Positions 55,076-57,418 of a stretch of 57,418 nt of DNA are shown here, one piece after another. The stretch is from positions 1-57,418 of IMG/VR virus record IMGVR_UViG_3300033489_000010. One strand, given 5' to 3'. The position numbers and the translations under genes are program-made. The stretch is from a virus (Duplodnaviria; Caudoviricetes). The notes below the pieces were generated by a model. The model had not been told where the DNA came from. It did no database searches and was given only the letters and a program-made list of their open reading frames with translations. How positions within the stretch are numbered: the stretch's first letter is position 1; the number at the start of each line of letters is the position of its first letter.

Positions 55076-55246
55076 GTGAAAAAGAAAAGAATTTTAACAA
55101 ACATTTCTGCAGCCCTGGCAATATCAGCGATTTGCCTAACCATGTGTGAGACCCAGGATGTAAAAAGCCAGTTAATTCTGGCAACAATCGGAATCATGAT
55201 GGCATGTGTTGGCGGATATTTTTTATGTGTCATCAACAGAAAATGA
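55076..55246 (+). CDS. 56-aa two-helix membrane protein (below the ORF-track cutoff)
   Basis: AGGAGG SD, GTG start; MKKKRILTNISAALAISAICLTMCETQDVKSQLILATIGIMMACVGGYFLCVINRK. Confidence 0.55.
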   Translation: MKKKRILTNISAALAISAICLTMCETQDVKSQLILATIGIMMACVGGYFLCVINRK

Positions 55247-55361
55247 GATCATTCCCACCCAATGTGGTGTTTCATATTCTACCTCCGGGCTGGCCATGGA
55301 CAGTCTTTACCTCCCACCTGATACAAGGTGCCGAAAGGCAGCGGGGAACCATGATTAAATT

Positions 55362-55712
55362 ATGAAAGATCATCAGGACATAGGGATTCTCAAATCGGCA
55401 TATATTCAAAAATGCCGGGAACTCGAAAAAACCCTTTCTGAATATCCTAAGTTAGCCGAAGATATGGCAGGTAAAGAAAGGGCCTATCTTATTGCAAAAT
55501 CACAGGCAATTTTGAAACTGAAAAAAGAGGGTATCCCTATCACCCTGATACCGGATTTGTCAAAAGGTGAGGCTGTAAATCACCGGTTTGAATACCAGGT
55601 TTCAGAGGCGATTTTTAATGCCTGTAAGGAGAACATTAAGCGGCTTCATGCCAATCTTGATGCTTATCGCTCTTTACTCTCAGTTGCGAAATCAGAAATG
55701 GAGGTTAGATAA
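55362..55712 (+). CDS. Hypothetical helical phage protein
   Basis: 116-aa ORF coupled to the resolvase gene. Confidence 0.65.
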   Translation: MKDHQDIGILKSAYIQKCRELEKTLSEYPKLAEDMAGKERAYLIAKSQAILKLKKEGIPITLIPDLSKGEAVNHRFEYQVSEAIFNACKENIKRLHANLDAYRSLLSVAKSEMEVR

Positions 55713-56188
55713 TGGGAAAACCAATTGCAGTATTCGGCATTGACCCGGGGGTAAAAGGTGCTCTGGTGGCCATATCTGAATCCGATCTCATCAAACACAG
55801 TTTTAAGGACACGGATAACGCAGAAACTGCTGTCAAAATTTTGTGTGAACAGTTTTCTGTCAAACTTGCCATCCTTGAAAAAGTCTGGTTCAGGCCAAAC
55901 GAGCGGGATGTCAAATCAGTCGAGGTCCTGATCCGGAATATGGAGATGTGGCACACGCTCCTCCATGTTTTCAAGATTGATCATCTTCTGTGTTCCCCGG
56001 CTGAATGGCGGAAGGGTCTCATTGGCAGTGTCAATGGGGATAAAAAACAGTATGTGGAAAAGGCGAAGGTGTTGATGCCACATCACGCCCATATGTTCAC
56101 CCGGCATGATGTGGCGGAGGCTGGGTTGATGGCGTGGAGGGCCTGGCATCATGTTAAGGCTGGTTGGCCTACGGGGGTGACACTATGA
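55712..56188 (+). CDS. RuvC-like Holliday junction resolvase
   Basis: FGIDPG.KGA, ILEKV, SPAEWRK and HDVAEA acidic catalytic pattern. Confidence 0.8.
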   Translation: MGKPIAVFGIDPGVKGALVAISESDLIKHSFKDTDNAETAVKILCEQFSVKLAILEKVWFRPNERDVKSVEVLIRNMEMWHTLLHVFKIDHLLCSPAEWRKGLIGSVNGDKKQYVEKAKVLMPHHAHMFTRHDVAEAGLMAWRAWHHVKAGWPTGVTL

Positions 56189-56349
56189 CAATTTTTGCGA
56201 TCAAGAAAAGATATTACCCGGAAAACTGGCAGGAATGGGAACGCTGGCAGGAATACGAGCGCCGGAAAGCTGAGATTTCAGAAAAGGCAAAAACTCATGA
56301 AGAATACGAGCGGTTGAACCGGGAACTTTTGGACGAGCTGGGGTTGTAG
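56185..56349 (+). CDS. Small hypothetical protein
   Basis: ATGA overlap with the resolvase stop; GGGGG SD. Confidence 0.5.
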   Translation: MTIFAIKKRYYPENWQEWERWQEYERRKAEISEKAKTHEEYERLNRELLDELGL

Positions 56350-56378
56350 ATGCTTGACAAACGGTTTGGGGTATCAAA

Positions 56379-56765
56379 ATGAAAAAATCTTACAAAGAAA
56401 AACTGTTGGACCCAAGATGGCAAAAGAAACGGCTGGAAATTTTGGAAAGGGATAATTGGTCGTGTCAAGCTTGTGGAGCAAAAGATAGACCATTGCAGAT
56501 ACATCACCTGTCATATCAAAACTTAGAACCATGGGAAATAGAAAGCGATCAACTTATAACGCTTTGTGACGTTCACCACAAAATAGAAACCAACAAAAGC
56601 ATAGATGCCCCGGTTGGTTTGTTAATTAAAAATGGGTTTTTATTCACTGATATGGGATGGATACTTCTAAAAATCGCTTTGCATTTTGATAGGAAAGAAG
56701 CCAGAGAAGCCAGAGAAGCCATTGATAATCTTATAAAAAACAGAAAAGTAAGGTTCAAATCATGA
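56379..56765 (+). CDS. HNH endonuclease family protein
   Basis: LLDPRWQKKRLEILERDNWSCQACG...LQIHH..Y...PWE....LITLC..HH. Confidence 0.85.
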   Translation: MKKSYKEKLLDPRWQKKRLEILERDNWSCQACGAKDRPLQIHHLSYQNLEPWEIESDQLITLCDVHHKIETNKSIDAPVGLLIKNGFLFTDMGWILLKIALHFDRKEAREAREAIDNLIKNRKVRFKS

Positions 56766-56811
56766 TATCCAAAAAAGTTGATAATGTGACAAACAAAGAA
56801 CGGGGATTTAA

Positions 56812-57418
56812 ATGAAAAACAATATTGACTTTTATCAGCACTACGCCAATGCGGATCAACATCCAAAATTTAAAATGTTGAGGGTTCAATTCGGTTGGGC
56901 TGGGGAAGGCAGGTTCTGGGCTTTAAATAACAGAATAGCCCAGGCTGATAATTGTTGTTTGGATATTTCAAAAAAATACAATGCTGCATCTATAGCCTCA
57001 GACATCGGGCTTTCTATGGACGAGTTTGAGGCTTTTATCCTATGTTTAAAAAATGATTGTGAGCTTATCAAAGAATGTTCCCCTGGTGTGGTAACGACAG
57101 ATATTATTCAAGAAAATTTCAAGAGTGTTTCCGGCAATAGAGAGAAGGCGAGAGAAAGAAAAGAGCGTTACTTTGAAAAGGTTTCTAAAGGTTCACCCGA
57201 ACTTTTAAATAGTTCGCCCGACCAAAACAAGAAAGTAAAGGAAAGTAAAGTAAAGGAAAGTAAAGTAAAGGAAAGTAAAGTACTAGAAGAGATACCCCCC
57301 TTACCCCCCAGGGGGAAATCCGAAAAGGTTTTTTCTGAATTAAAAGATTATCTGGAAAAAATGATTCCTGAAAAACTCTCCTATTCTAAAAATGAAATAA
57401 TTTCTTTTTACAAATACC
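56812..57418 (+). CDS. Phage replication initiator, N-terminal part (DUF4373/Lin1244-like), continuing through the terminal repeat to 520
   Basis: MKNNIDFYQHYANADQHPKFKMLRVQFGWAGEGRFWAL...; open to the end of the window; GGGGA SD; upstream of dnaB. Confidence 0.75.
   Translation, partial: MKNNIDFYQHYANADQHPKFKMLRVQFGWAGEGRFWALNNRIAQADNCCLDISKKYNAASIASDIGLSMDEFEAFILCLKNDCELIKECSPGVVTTDIIQENFKSVSGNREKARERKERYFEKVSKGSPELLNSSPDQNKKVKESKVKESKVKESKVLEEIPPLPPRGKSEKVFSELKDYLEKMIPEKLSYSKNEIISFYKY
57153..57418. repeat. Terminal direct repeat, right copy
   Basis: Matches 1-266 with 3 substitutions. Confidence 0.95.

Noticed and set aside
1-57418. tRNA or rRNA genes
   Set aside because: No cloverleaf or rRNA-like segments were recognised by eye; tRNAscan-SE would be needed to exclude them formally

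Overview
The window is an essentially complete, circularly permuted tailed-phage genome (unit length about 57,152 bp). Bases 1-266 are repeated at 57153-57418 with 3 mismatches, inside the replication-initiator gene. A control region at about 54.4-55.1 kb drives two divergent arms. The short rightward arm carries an HTH regulator, RuvC-like resolvase, HNH, initiator, DnaB and an O-antigen ligase-like gene. The long leftward arm carries SbcD/SbcC, a C5-methyltransferase, SF2 helicase, radical SAM, terS/terL, portal, scaffold, capsid, podovirus-type tail and ejection proteins, a 4077-aa polyvalent DarB-like protein and the lysis genes. I saw no integrase, partition system, tRNA or CRISPR array. 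The main signals are at RNA or recoding level and are missed by the ORF track. (1) A 330-nt group I intron (30771-31100) splits the major capsid gene. (2) A type I hammerhead ribozyme (41121-41174) sits between two genes of a self-contained promoter-to-terminator moron. (3) A 26-nt repeat makes the rightward transcript exactly antisense to the SD-occluding leader of the leftward transcript, a candidate RNA switch. (4) The C5-MTase carries an in-frame HNH cassette with its own perfect promoter, a stop codon inside the catalytic Pro-Cys motif (possible stop-hopping), and motif IX in an overlapping frame. An IS1634-family element with 17-bp TIRs and a 5-bp TSD lies 4 nt upstream of the terL start. 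All protein calls rest on motif recognition and synteny; no database searches were run.
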